From NCBI GenBank assembly GCA_049724395.1, contig JAUGWO010000042.1:186001-250000 (forward strand): a stretch of DNA of 64,000 bases, read 5' to 3'. The stretch is from Spongospora subterranea f. sp. subterranea (lineage: Eukaryota). Position 1 is the first letter of the stretch. Every line of letters begins with the position of its first letter. This document shows, in pieces, positions 1 through 11,730 of this stretch. Under the pieces are notes generated by a model. It saw only the letters and a list, made by a program, of their open reading frames with translations. It was not told the origin of the DNA and made no database searches. The position numbers and the translations under genes were made by a program.

Positions 1-74
1 GTCAATGGCACTAGATACCCTCTTCTTTCCAATATCGGGTCGGACGGTCATTTAAACGACCTAGCAGATGATTT

Positions 75-1217
75 TTATCCCATTTTCTGACCCAGAATCG
101 AAAATCCTCTTTAAGATGAGAAGCAGTTCCGACGTACATTCCGTATGTCAAGAGAGCTGTTCAAAACAAGAGGGCCAATTGCGAAGCATGAAAACTCAAA
201 CTTGCAGAAGCGGGCGAGTTTTGGTTCTGCGACATCTATGACCGACAAAAGCTGTGGGACCGCTTGACTGCAAGCATCGAGGTGTGAAGCTCTGTTGCAA
301 AGGACCGGTTCATAATGCAGCTGTTTGCACAAGATTAACAGCACTCCTTTGAAGCTAATGAATTTCGTAAACTAAAGCAAGAGCGAGCCTTGCTTGATGC
401 TCGCATTGAGGTGGAAAAGAAGAAGAGCGAACAGCTACCTTGGCATGCGGAATGTACGTCGGAACTGCTTCTTATCATGAAGAGGATTTCCGATTCTGGG
501 TCAGAAAATGGGATAATTTTTTCCGAACACAGTGCCCTAAAACTGCTTGAAGATCTTACAGCTCTCAAAACCATCGAGAAAAGGTTGAAGAACAGCTCCA
601 AGTACGACTATTTGCGATTTCATGCAATCAAGCAATATTTCAGTTTACGTCAGAATTCTATGACAATGATGCAAGCCTCGAAACAAGTTGCATCAGCTTT
701 TTCCGAAAAACAATGAAAAGCAATGCAGATTCATATTCACGAAAATTATTAGACGATGGCGCGCGTTTTCTGATCTTTCGTGAATATGAAACAGCATTGT
801 TTTTCGGAAAATTTTTGCAACTTGTTTCGAGGCTTGCACCATTGTTGCCGAAAATTCTGACGTACTCAAATATTGTTTGATTGCATGAAATCGCAGATAG
901 TCGTACTTGGAGATGCCCTTAAACCTTTTCTCATGGTTTGGGAGCAATTTGGCTGAAAGATCTTCAAGCAGTTTTAGGGCACTGTGTTCGCAAAAAATTT
1001 CCCCATTTTCTGACCGGAATCGGACAATAGTGTCTTGTCGAAAGCATGGGCTAAAATACTCCAGAATCTTGTGAGTGTTTGATGACGAGTTGATTTTGGC
1101 TTGGTTGGCCTTTTTTTTTCTCCACAGCGTAGTTGTGCTATTCTTACAGTAACTGTTACGAAGATGTGATCCAGCTCCAAGGACCCATTTCACAAAACGA
1201 GGCCGTTGATGAATCAA
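75..1217. mobile_element. Degenerate DNA-transposase N-terminal fragments arranged as inverted duplications (75-162 vs 429-516; ~490-744 vs 776-1023)
   Basis: ORFs 390..716(+) and 693..1217(-) encode the same peptide (SENG.IF.EHSALKLLEDL...SKYDYLRFHAIKQY...QASKQVA) on opposite strands. The DNA arms are reverse-complementary. Transposase identity is inferred from resemblance and context; family uncertain. Confidence 0.55.
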
Positions 1218-1448
1218 TTTCTTTGTCAGTCAAGACATCATCATTCGAAAAGTAAAAACATCGCCTTGATTGTCTTTAGATCAGCATCAGGCTCAGGTTC
1301 GGCCAAAGACTTTAAGCCAGACAACGAGGATCGTTTCATGACTGTTCAGAACGGTGGATACGACATCCGTTTAGTATGTCAGCCGCCGAACAGTCCGGAT
1401 ATGAACGTGGACCGGCTTCCTGTGATGCTGCTCTATGATTTGAAATAA
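1206..1448 (+). mobile_element. Tc1/mariner-like transposase C-terminal fragment (relic)
   Basis: GYDIRLVCQPPNSPDMNV matches the QPPNSPD(L/M)N motif of mariner-like DDD transposases; truncated. Confidence 0.7.
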
Positions 1449-1729
1449 CCTGAAGAATGCACAAGCAATTGTCATAAAAAATGACGACAACATGTTGCAG
1501 AACAATATAATCAATATATATGTTGAAGTTTTTTCTGGAAAAATAAGAATTCTACACAGCAGCGGTTTTTTAACGTGAAGGGGTGTGGTTTCATCTTTTG
1601 GAGCGAAAAAAAAGCCGGTACCGACCAGTTACTACGGAATACGGGAACGGAAAGGGGGTGCCATTTCCCGCGCAGGTTTTTTCAAAACGCAGAATATTTT
1701 TTTATACAGTGTACTTTTCCCGTGGACTA

Positions 1730-2329
1730 TCAGCTTCATCTGGGTTGGGTCTGGAAGGTAAACTTCTTTGTGCTTGATTCTTAAATGCCGACGAATTGTG
1801 AAGGTATTCTTGGTGTTCCAAAACTAACAAATGTAATGGTTGGGTAGACGGTATCATGGCAATCGGATCATGGGGTAAGAACATACCTGGTTTACCTTCT
1901 TGGCGTTGCAGAACTTACAACTCCATTTGTTGCGTCCGTTTAGAACGATTTGCTCAATGTGAGCATTGACATCTGATAGGGTATTCCCTGACGAACTCGG
2001 TGCCGTTGAAAGAAGGTCACCCTCATTCTCCGACTCATATTCGCGAGTACAGTCGATATCATCGAATTCAATGACTTCGCAAAAAGTTTCATCATGATCT
2101 GGCATCGTTGACTTGCTGTCAATTACAAATTCACAATCGTCAATCGTGATTCGTGGGATGCAGAGCTGGATTACCAAGGGGACTCCGGACATGGGTTTGA
2201 CTGCATACCAACCTATTAGGATTATTGACTGCATACCAACCTATAATAGGATTATTGACTGCATACCAACCTATTAGGATTATTGACTGCATACCAACCT
2301 ATTAGGATTATTGACTGCATACCAACCCT
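1730..2329 (-). mobile_element. hAT element 5' fragment, copy 1 (terminus, short array, BED zinc-finger exons)
   Basis: Near-identical direct duplicate of the sequence starting at 3620. Encodes KWSCKFCNAK and, after an intron, NTFTIRRHLRIKH (BED finger). Ends in ...ccaaccct. Confidence 0.8.
2197..2329. repeat. Short 28/30-bp tandem array (order A,B,A,A + terminus)
   Basis: Units ggattattgactgcataccaacctatta (A, 28 bp) and ggattattgactgcataccaacctataata (B, 30 bp), read directly. Confidence 0.95.
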
Positions 2330-2330
2330 T

Positions 2331-3601
2331 TTTCTAGACACAAACTGATTGCCAGAAAAATGTCAGGTCCGCCGATGGAAAGCCATCGTATTGACAAAGC
2401 GAACGATCATCTTATCAAATGGATCATCAATCATTCGCAGCCTTTCAATGTTGTTCACCAGGCTGACTTTATTGATTTTTGCGATACCCTGGAAAGACGT
2501 TATGTCGTGCCGTCGAGAGATACAGTGCGGACCAGGATTCTGAAGCATTGGGAAGCAACCCGTGTAAAAGTTCGCTCATTTCTTTTAAGGCACATCAGGA
2601 ATCGCAAGTGTAGCATCACTACTGATATGTGGACTTCTTCCGCTAAGAGAGGTCTGTACATTTACCTTATTTTTCTTTTGTAGTTACCAAACCTAAGCGC
2701 TTGTAGGGTATATGGTCGTTACTTTGCATTTTATTGACGACAATTGGGAAATTGTATCTATCATTGCTGGATTCATACGAGTGCTCTATCCTCACACCTC
2801 TGAGCGTCTGGCAGCTGCCCTGTTTAACTGTCTTATCGACATGCATCCGGATTTGCTTTCATCTGTGTGGACGAATCTCAGTCATAATCGAGACACTCAC
2901 CACTTGTAGGGCGTACCGTGTGGTATTTGGCCTTTCTTGTCCCTATTATTATACTGTGTGCAATAGTGCACGAACTATTATAATCGTGCATGTGTCCCTA
3001 TTATTATACTGTGTGTACGCCCTACAAGTGGTGAGTGTCTCGATTATGACTGAGATTCGTCCACACAGATGAAAGCAAATCCGGATGCATGTCGATAAGA
3101 CAGTTAAACAGGGCAGCTGCCAGACGCTCAGAGGTGTGAGGATAGAGCACTCGTATGAATCCAGCAATGATAGATACAATTTCCCAATTGTCGTCAATAA
3201 AATGCAAAGTAACGACCATATACCCTACAAGCGCTTAGGGTTTGGTAACTACAAAAGAAAAATAAGGTAAATGTACAGACCTCTCTTAGCGGAAGAAGTC
3301 CACATATCAGTAGTGATGCTACACTTGCGATTCCTGATGTGCCTTAAAAGAAATGAGCGAACTTTTACACGGGTTGCTTCCCAATGCTTCAGAATCCTGG
3401 TCCGCACTGTATCTCTCGACGGCACGACATAACGTCTTTCCAGGGTATCGCAAAAATCAATAAAGTCAGCCTGGTGAACAACATTGAAAGGCTGCGAATG
3501 ATTGAGGATCCATTTGATAAGATGATCGTTCGCTTTGTCAATATGATGGCTTTCCATCGGCAGACCTGACATTTTTCTGGCAATCAGTTTGTTTCTAGAA
3601 A
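2331..3601. repeat. ~586-bp near-perfect inverted duplication of hAT transposase coding sequence (arms 2331-2916 and 3015-3601, 98-nt spacer)
   Basis: Mirror ORFs 2360..2683/2712..2909(+) and 3249..3629/3022..3219(-) carry CSITTDMWTS and MVVTLHFIDDNWE (hAT catalytic region). Only a few substitutions and indels separate the arms. Confidence 0.95.
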
Positions 3602-4885
3602 CTTTAAAAAAGCCGTCGGTCAGCTTCATCTGGGTTGGGTCTGGAAGGTAAACTTCTTTGTGCTTGATTCTTAAATGCCGACGAATTGTGAAGGTATTCT
3701 TGGTGTTCCAAACCTAACAAATGTAATGGCTGGGTAGACGGTATCATGGCAATCGGATCATGGGGTAAGAACATACCTGCTTTACCTTCTTTGGCGTTGC
3801 AGAGCTTACAACTCCATTTGTTGCGTCCGTTTAGAACGATTTGCTCAATGTGAGCATTGACATCTGATAGGGTATTCCCTGACGAACTCGGTGCCGTTGA
3901 AAGAAGGTCACCCTCATTCTCCGACTCATATTCGCGAGTACAGTAGATATCATCGAATTCAATGACCTCGCAAAAAGTTTCATCATGATCTGGCATCGTT
4001 GACTTGCTGTCAATTACAAATTCACAATCGTCAATCGTGATTCGTGGGATGCAGAGCTGGATTACCAAGGGGACTCCGGACATGGGTTTGACTGCATACC
4101 AACCTATTAGGATTATTGACTGCATACCAACCTATAATAGGATTATTGACTGCATACCAACCTATTAGGATTATTGACTGCATACCAACCTATAATAGGA
4201 TTATTGACTGCATACCAACCTATTAGGATTATTGACTGCATACCAACCTATAATAGGATTATTGACTGCATACCAACCTATTAGGATTATTGACTGCATA
4301 CCAACCTATAATAGGATTATTGACTGCATACCAACCTATTAGGATTATTGACTGCATACCAACCTATAATAGGATTATTGACTGCATACCAACCTATTAG
4401 GATTATTGACTGCATACCAACCTATAATAGGATTATTGACTGCATACCAACCTATTAGGATTATTGACTGCATACCAACCTATTAGGATTATTGACTGCA
4501 TACCAACCTATAATAGGATTATTGACTGCATACCAACCTATTAGGATTATTGACTGCATACCAACCTATAATAGGATTATTGACTGCATACCAACCTATA
4601 ATAGGATTATTGACTGCATACCAACCTATTAGGATTATTGACTGCATACCAACCTATAATAGGATTATTGACTGCATACCAACCTATTAGGATTATTGAC
4701 TGCATACCAACCTATTAGGATTATTGACTGCATACCAACCTATTAGGATTATTGACTGCATACCAACCTATAATAGGATTATTGACTGCATACCAACCTA
4801 TTAGGATTATTGACTGCATACCAACCTATTAGGATTATTGACTGCATACCAACCTATTAGGATTATTGACTGCAAACCAACCCTA
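3015..4885 (-). mobile_element. hAT DNA transposon, 5' half (TAGGG-type terminus, subterminal array, BED finger, start of DDE domain), truncated
   Basis: Minus strand starts TAGGGTTGGTTTGCAGTCAA at ~4885, then the array, then MPDHDETF...WSCKLCNAK / NTFTIRRHLRIKH / WILNHSQPFNVV...PSRDTV...SITTDMWTS / VTLHFIDDNW. The coding sequence breaks off after LLSSVWT. Confidence 0.85.
4088..4885. repeat. Minisatellite of 27 full 28/30-bp units plus a terminal variant
   Basis: Unit order as read: (AB)x6, A,A,B,A,B,B,A,B,A,A,A,B,A,A,A, then ...gactgcaaaccaacccta. Confidence 0.97.
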
Positions 4886-4898
4886 TATATAGATATAC

Positions 4899-4976
4899 CT
4901 GGTTGGAGTCGACTCCGAGTTGACTCAGCAAAACCTGGAGTCACTCCGAGTCGACTCCATCATAAACTGGAGTCAT
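4899..4976. repeat. Cluster of GGAGTC/GACTCC palindromic motifs, probably a transposon subterminal region
   Basis: ggagtcgactcc, gagttgactc, ggagtcactcc, gagtcgactcc and ggagtc within ~80 bp. Confidence 0.55.
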
Positions 4977-4981
4977 AATGA

Positions 4982-6418
4982 TAATTCGGAATGTGTCACC
5001 CCGTTTCCGCTCTCGAGCACGTATGTTAACTGGGTCGCGCCACGGGGCTTTGTCAAAAGCAATTTTTACCAACTTGTGTCATGTCGATGCCACGTCAAGA
5101 TATCCTGACGTTTGTGCAGCTTCAGCTGGATATTGGCGCGTCTAACACCAACATTCTTGAGGCCTTCCGGTGGAGTACCAGCTAGAAATTAGTTTACGCA
5201 CTTTGCAACGATGGATTTCCAAGAATGATTTGATACGCTCGCAGGCTCCCAGTCTAAGAGATCGCGTTCAGGCATGCTACCCGACGTTCGCGCCAAAATT
5301 AGGTCTGGGCTATCGCTACAGCGTATTCTGCATCACCTGAAAGCAGAATACGGTGTCACTATGTCCGAACGATCCCTCAGGACGATTCTACAAAACTCTG
5401 GGAACGGTATTGCGGTGCGACAAAAAACGTCCCACAACAGCTGGTCGAGCGTATGGTCGCTGTCGAATCACAAAACCAGGGGCGCAACCTAGGCTGTCGT
5501 ACGATGACCTTACAAATCCGCGATCAATCCGAAGTGAACGTCATTCGTGATGCCGTCTCTTTGGCGGCGCCTTGATCCACTTGCTGTCGCGGCAAGGAGA
5601 AAAATCGCGGCTGCAGCGGCGCGAGTACAGCGTCCCTGGCCCTAATGCTTTTTGGCATTTTGACCAGACCGACAAACTTCGTCAGTTCGGCTTCGAAATC
5701 CATGCTTGCATCGATGGGTGGTCGCGCAAGATTCTTTGGCTACATGTTGGGGCATCGAATCGTCTTCCCGAATTGGTGCTCGCCTATTATATAGATGCAG
5801 TTGAGAAAATGCAATGTATGCCAAAACGTCAACGATCAGACTGCGGCGCCGAAAACACTTTGGTCGCTGGTGTACAACTTCACTTCCAAGGCGACAACAG
5901 CCACACTTTTGGTCGCTCTGTATCCAACCAGCGTATTGAAGCTTGGTGGAACCAGCTCTATGCTTTTGGGCTTGAGTTTTGGATAACATTCTTCAAAAAT
6001 TTAGAGCGTTCAGGGAGTTATAACCTCGATGACAGCTACGAACGTCGATGCGCGATTTTCGTTTTCGGTTGATCTGATCGAGGCCACATTGGATCGGATA
6101 TTTAACATGTGGAACAACCACAAGATGCGTAAGACGGCCAAGAACCCGGGAGGTGTTCCGAGCGTATCAATCATTTTTGGAAATCCATCGTTGCAAAGTG
6201 CGAAAACTAATCTCTAGCTGGTACTCCACCCGAAGAGCCTCAAGAATGTTGGTATTAGACGCGCCAATATCCAGCTGAAGCTGCACAAACGTCAGGATAT
6301 CTTGACGTGGCATCGACATGACACAAATTGGTAAAACTTGCCTTTGACAAAGACCATGGCGCGACCCAGTTAACATACGTGTTCGAGAGCGGAAACGGAC
6401 ACATTCCGAATTACCGTA
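4982..6418 (+). mobile_element. IS3EU-like / integrase-core (rve-type DDE) element, frameshifted, bounded by ~255-bp inverted repeats
   Basis: ORF 5572..6072 has YSVPGPNAFWHFD...HACIDGWSRKILWL...RSDCGAEN...GRSVSNQRIEAWW. Upstream are two HTH/Clr5-like segments (LEISLRTLQRW, VTMSERSLRTIL). Arms are 4982-5241 and 6159-6413, and the right end finishes CCGTA. Confidence 0.8.
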
Positions 6419-6462
6419 CTTAACAAAATAAAAAACCACACAAAAAATCACAATTTCGGAGC

Positions 6463-6793
6463 TACTCAGACTCTTGTACTTTTGATAAGCCCCAAATCCC
6501 ACTTTTTTGGGGAAAAGTCTTATCTTCAAGTTACCTATTTTTGTCTTGGACGCACTGTAGATGCTACTTACGTGGTCCCAGATGCCTTCTGGAACTTGTA
6601 ATGAGGGCGCAAGCCCTGAATGTTAACTTGGCTTTGTTGAGTGTAACTGAGAAATGTCTGTGATTGTCACGGAGATACACTTAAGCGTATAATAACTGAC
6701 ACCTAAGTGCATATAAGGAAATAAGACCCCATTTTGCTTCAGACCCCAAACCCCATGTCATTTTTACCATATTCTTATGAAAAGTTTTTACTG
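6463..6793. mobile_element. MITE copy (diverged, one TIR retained), inverted homolog of 45745-46101
   Basis: Shares blocks such as gtcttggacgcactgtagatgctacttacgtggtccc and tgtcacggagatacacttaag with the reverse complement of 45745-46101. Ends AGTTTTTACTG-TA. Confidence 0.85.
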
Positions 6794-6869
6794 TATTTTG
6801 GAACGAGGGTGCATAAATTACGCACTGCCTATAGAAAGTTTTGGTAATCGAAAGTGTTTTGGCTCAGAA

Positions 6870-9431
6870 AGCGGTACAGCACAGTCCTACATGTGGAGAC
6901 TGGGTTAAAGGCTGCGCTAAGCCATTTTGCTTCTCACTTGCCAATTGATATTAATAGTTTAGGGACGCTGTACAGTGTACACCCTGGCCTGATTAGCTCA
7001 GGTACAATATACTGAACATTGCAGATAATGAATGGGAGTCAATATATCATAATGATATTGCTGAAATCGGCATATTACTAAATGATCGCACAGGCTGACA
7101 ATCGCGACAATCGCTATCCTCAATTAGAGGTGAAACGACTTTCTATCATCAGTCTTATTCAGGAAATAGAATCTGAGGAGCTAGATGAACCCGGCCCATA
7201 TATAAATGACGCTTGTGAAAGGATTCTAGAATATGTATGCAGGCGTTCGTATTATTTGGTCAAGTCTCATCGATTTTAGGCGTCTCTAGCCGATACGAAT
7301 CCTGATACTTTAACTCACACTTGCATGATGGTAGACATGCTTGTTGACACCATGGAGGGGGTTTCCGAATTCTCGTTGCATTTAGACAACATTGTTGCAA
7401 TATTCAAACGATTGTTAATTTATCTTGGGACGGATATGCATAGGACAGTTAGAGACTCTTGTATGCTTATAATCTCCAAGCTTGACGGTAGGCCTCCTTG
7501 GATTCACCTACTTGCTATTACTAAATCGTATTGCAGAGATGAAAGATGACAAGCATTTTATTTTGGCTCTGTTAGCGTATTGCAATGGTCGAGTTCAACC
7601 CAGGGTCTGCGAACTGTGTATAGGTTGGATAACGCAGATCCTTATTCAATCTCCATACCTCAATAGGCCTGCAACGCTTTATCGTGCAATATTCACAATA
7701 TCTAAACAAGTTGCGTCTGAATCCAAGAACAAAGTTTTATTTGCTGCCGCGAAATTGCTAAGCTGTTGTTTTACTCTGCGCCCTCTCCTGTTATTGCCTT
7801 ACTTTGAGGGTTTAGACCAAGAAACAAAAAGGGTATTAGCTTGTCAACTCCCTAACGTGGTTTCTGTTGTTTCAATGCCATTTGGTCGAGATGGTGTCGA
7901 TCTACTTTGCCATATATTGAATGGTGAGAGCGCTGGCGAGGACAAACCCGTTTCTGTAGAAAGTGCGACGCTTCTGGAACAGTTTCTGAATCTGAAGGCC
8001 CCACGTTTGACGCCAAGCATGTTGAACCTTCTGTATCATCCTGATGTTATCCAGGCTCTGGTTCGGTATATCACTCGTTGCGAAAATCCTAATCCTGATC
8101 CGGACAACGTCGCAGATCACATGCATCTAAAGCGCTCGTTCCGTGCTGTAAATCTCTTGATCCGTCCTTCTCGTTATTCACATGCCTTATTGAAAGAGCA
8201 TGGCGCAGTAATCGCACAGATTTTGATAACGGAAGGGTTTACGCCAGGGTCATCCAATCTTTATCACGTTTGTTGTTTATTGTTATATCTGCTAGATCGA
8301 TATCCTTTTGCTGTCTGCCGTGCAGTGATGTCATGTTCAGTTTTGAATGCAGCTTCTCCTTTTCGAGCAATACTCAAGGCTATATCGCATCCACTGGTCC
8401 CACAGCTGTTGCAAAAAATTGCAAGCCATCCATGTTTATTTCCTTTGCTTAATGAAGGGAAACTTTTGGATCAGCTAACTGCAGTAGCTGTAGACGGTGA
8501 AGATCAAGACTCTATAGGGGCAACTAAAACCATAATCTACCTTCTTGAAACATGGTCAACATTATCTGAGTCAAGGACGTTGTTGAATCGGACTTTCGTG
8601 GAGTTCATTGTTTCATCACCCATAACTGCAAACTCGATTGATATACTTCTGGGTTTTGCTCGCATCGCCGTCTCTCGTCGAAATATTGGAACTGTTGACA
8701 TCCGTGATGACTTGCTTATCAAAGAAATGAGCGACATGCACATCAGTTTTTCTGTTGCTAAAATCGACGCAACTTCACAGCTGGAAGGTATGCCTTGTAG
8801 TGAACTGTCTGGTAATAGTTTGGAAGAAGGCTCGGTTAAGCACACCAACATCGATTCAGATATTACAGAAACAGCTTGTGTCCATAATCCTGTTCCACCA
8901 ATGGATGAAGAATTTCGCAAGGTTTTACAGGAAATATGGGATGTTCTTGAATCATCAACGCCGATGCTGACCCAGATTTTGATCGATGATCGAGTTTGGG
9001 ATGGGGATGTTATCAACAATGAACGGGTATCTCTTCTTACATTGGTACTTTCTGTCATTGTTACCAATCCACCAGCTTGTTTGCATCTTCCACAATCCTT
9101 TTTCCCTATTATGTGGGGCTGGAGCTGTGATCCTTTTGTTAGCCCTATTGTGCATGCTAAGCTGCATAAGTTATGGAAGGTTGTATTTGCTGACCCATAT
9201 ATATTTTCGTCCGTTTTCAGTGAGAAAGGAGAATCCGTGGTACAAGCGGTTGCCTATTGGTCACAGTGCAAATCCGTTTGGACGATACATAGTGTTATGG
9301 ACGATCTTTACAGGTCATCAGTGGAACTGCTTCAAAAACAACTTTCGCAAAGCTCGCAATTTGACAACACTCTTCAAGGGCATTCCAGTCGAACGTTGAG
9401 TCAGAAAGAACAAAGCACAGTTGATAGATAA
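6870..9431 (+). CDS. Large helical (HEAT/ARM-like) protein, multi-exon; 5' end uncertain
   Basis: 649-aa terminal ORF 7482..9431 plus upstream exon-like ORFs 7082..7279 and 7325..7549 separated by GT-AG introns. Leucine-rich amphipathic helices, possibly TOG-like N-terminally and SAPS-like centrally. Confidence 0.65.
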
Positions 9432-9435
9432 AAAT

Positions 9436-11323
9436 TCATTTATTTAATTTTTCTCTCCCATATAACAACATCTTTTTAGCTTTGCCAAATGACAGATAAG
9501 CGAAACTTTTTTGCAGGGTAAAATTTTCCCTGAAAAAAAAGTTCTGCAAACTGACCTGATCGTCATCAAATATAACAATATTTGACGGTAGAAGGTTAGG
9601 ATCACTGTAATACTTCTCGACGAACTGAACTGGATTGGCATGGAATTTCTGATAACTCGTAAGCAAGCATGATCCTCCAAGCTAGCTCAACGTCTGCTTA
9701 CCTCAGATTCGATAGAGGACTGATTTTTTATGCATACATTGCCTGAAAAAACTGGTTGACACCCCAAGATCCGCATGGGAATATCTCGATGAATGTGGCT
9801 GTAGAATGGTGTAGAATGGCATCCCGGTTAAAAAATCTATACTTTGAATTCTCGGATAATCAGTAGTATTAGCTTGCAGCTTATCGGAAATAAACTCCAT
9901 GATCTGAACAGGTGCTCTTTGATGCCAATGCGAAAAATATACAATCAAAATCAAATTTGTCAACAGCGACACTATAATTACACTCGGGAAAAAACCTGGC
10001 CTCGCTTTCTTTTTCTTTAATCCTGCTTGAAGAGTTGCCAAGCCATAACCGCAATAAAGAAAGCATATAGGTAAAATAGGCAATATGAATCTAAACTCTT
10101 TGTGGCGGTTGGAGCTCATGATTAGAACAAGTAATGCTATTAACCCAACTGGAAGATAACGGTAGGAGTAGTACAAACCGAACAGGAAGAGTGGAGCATG
10201 CACACCGAGCATTGTTGGAAGGCCTTGCGTAATGTACCAGTGAAAACTATGTGTTCCTACATAAAAATCAGGACAACGACATTTAATATTTGAGCACTGC
10301 ATACCATACATGGCAGCACCATCGCAAACATTGCCGGCATTAAATGCGAAAAAATTAAGCATCGTGATGGTCCAAACGCCATAGAAGATGCGATCAAGCA
10401 ATAAAGATAGTCCAAACACAGTAACCCCAATTGGCAAGACTTCCTTGAACAGCAAGATGTATTTATCTTGACAGCACAGTAGCGTCCTCAATCCAAGAAC
10501 CAAGAAATAGCATACCTGAAAAGCATGTTGATGAACAAAAGCAATGGTCAACAAAGCTACTTACACTGGTTGGCCGAAATATAACGCAAATGGCTGCCAC
10601 GAACAGCGCCAGTTTACGGCTTGGGGTAGAAGAACATTTCTCACCCAAGGATGGCTCCGGCCAATAGAAAAGTGAGACTGTTAGGAGAACAGTTTCCAGG
10701 CTATTTGAGTACGTTCTAACGATGCAATAGCAATAAAACCAATTGGAAAGTTGACAAAAAAGCTGGAGCAGAGAAAAACCGTGTTATCACTGCGCTCAAA
10801 CGGATGCGAGTTGGTAGCACTTACAGAGAATTCTGCAGCTACGGGCCCAAACCACTTCTTCGCCAGCTTGTATAGGAAAACATCGCCAACCATTGCAATG
10901 CAAGCTTGAACAATTCTCGGAGACAACCTCTAGCATTGTGGTTATTTTACAGCAATTAAATTCTCGATATGCATTACAATAAACTGAGGAGAATCAATCC
11001 CCAATATCGCTCCTGCCTTGAACACGACAGCAAATAAGGCGGGATGTGCGAAACTTCGAAGCCGAGCATAGGGTTGCCATTCCCAGGTCATATATCCATA
11101 TCTATATGCTAGTGAATAACCGATAACGGCTGGATCGATTGCTGTTAGAGTGTAATTACCCGAACACAATATTATGGGCAACTTCTAAACTCTGCCAATA
11201 TTCGTCGGGGTCAAAATATGTCTTGACGAAGACAGACAAAAACAGACGGATCATAAGTGAAGTCAGGGATATTTTGAATGTCGTCGAACATCGGGCAGAT
11301 TTATCAGAAGGGTTCAAAAACAT
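9436..11323 (-). CDS. PIGB: GPI mannosyltransferase 3 (PIG-B/Gpi10), multi-exon, with one apparent +1 frameshift near 9823
   Basis: TYFDPDEYWQSLEVAH, YGYMTWEW...LRSFAHP, FRPT, HKEFRFILPILP, HQRAP and CHSTPFYSHIH motifs. Confidence 0.93.
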
Positions 11324-11428
11324 TCAAACAGAGCTGAGACGTTATTGCAAGATGTGATTATTGATAATCAGATAAGCATTGGGGCAGACAAAGGAATATC
11401 CACTTCCTCACATATCCCGTAACGTATA

Positions 11429-11730
11429 TCAACACCAACACCTCGAACACATTTTCCGAGTCCAAACGCCTTGATTGGTCACAGTAAGAGTAACAATCCG
11501 ATAAGATGACACCGTGACCAGTGGTCCCAACTGGGTCAGGAGGAGGTTTCAGGACGTAACTGTTGCATATCGCGACGGGATAGGTCGCGATATGTTTGTT
11601 GATACCAGTTGTTAGTCAAATCCCGGGTTTCATTGCTGTAAAAAGGAATCGGACCAGTTTTGACCAACCCACGGTGCTTTGGCTTCAAACCTAATCTGGC
11701 CAGCAATTTTCTAATTTTGATAAGGACCAT
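11429..11730 (-). CDS. Possible small 3-exon protein (~68 aa), basic N-terminus and Cys/Trp C-terminus
   Basis: Removing two ~46-49-nt GT-AG introns gives MVLIKIRKLLARLGLKPKHRGLVKTGPIPFYSNETRDLTNNCYVLKPPPDPVGTTGVWTRKMCSRCWC*. No recognised homolog. Confidence 0.35.

Noticed and set aside
4088..4885. CRISPR array or telomere
   Set aside because: The units are contiguous with no unique spacers, there are no cas genes and the context is eukaryotic. The 28/30-bp unit is internal, flanked by TE sequence, and not a short G-rich telomeric repeat.
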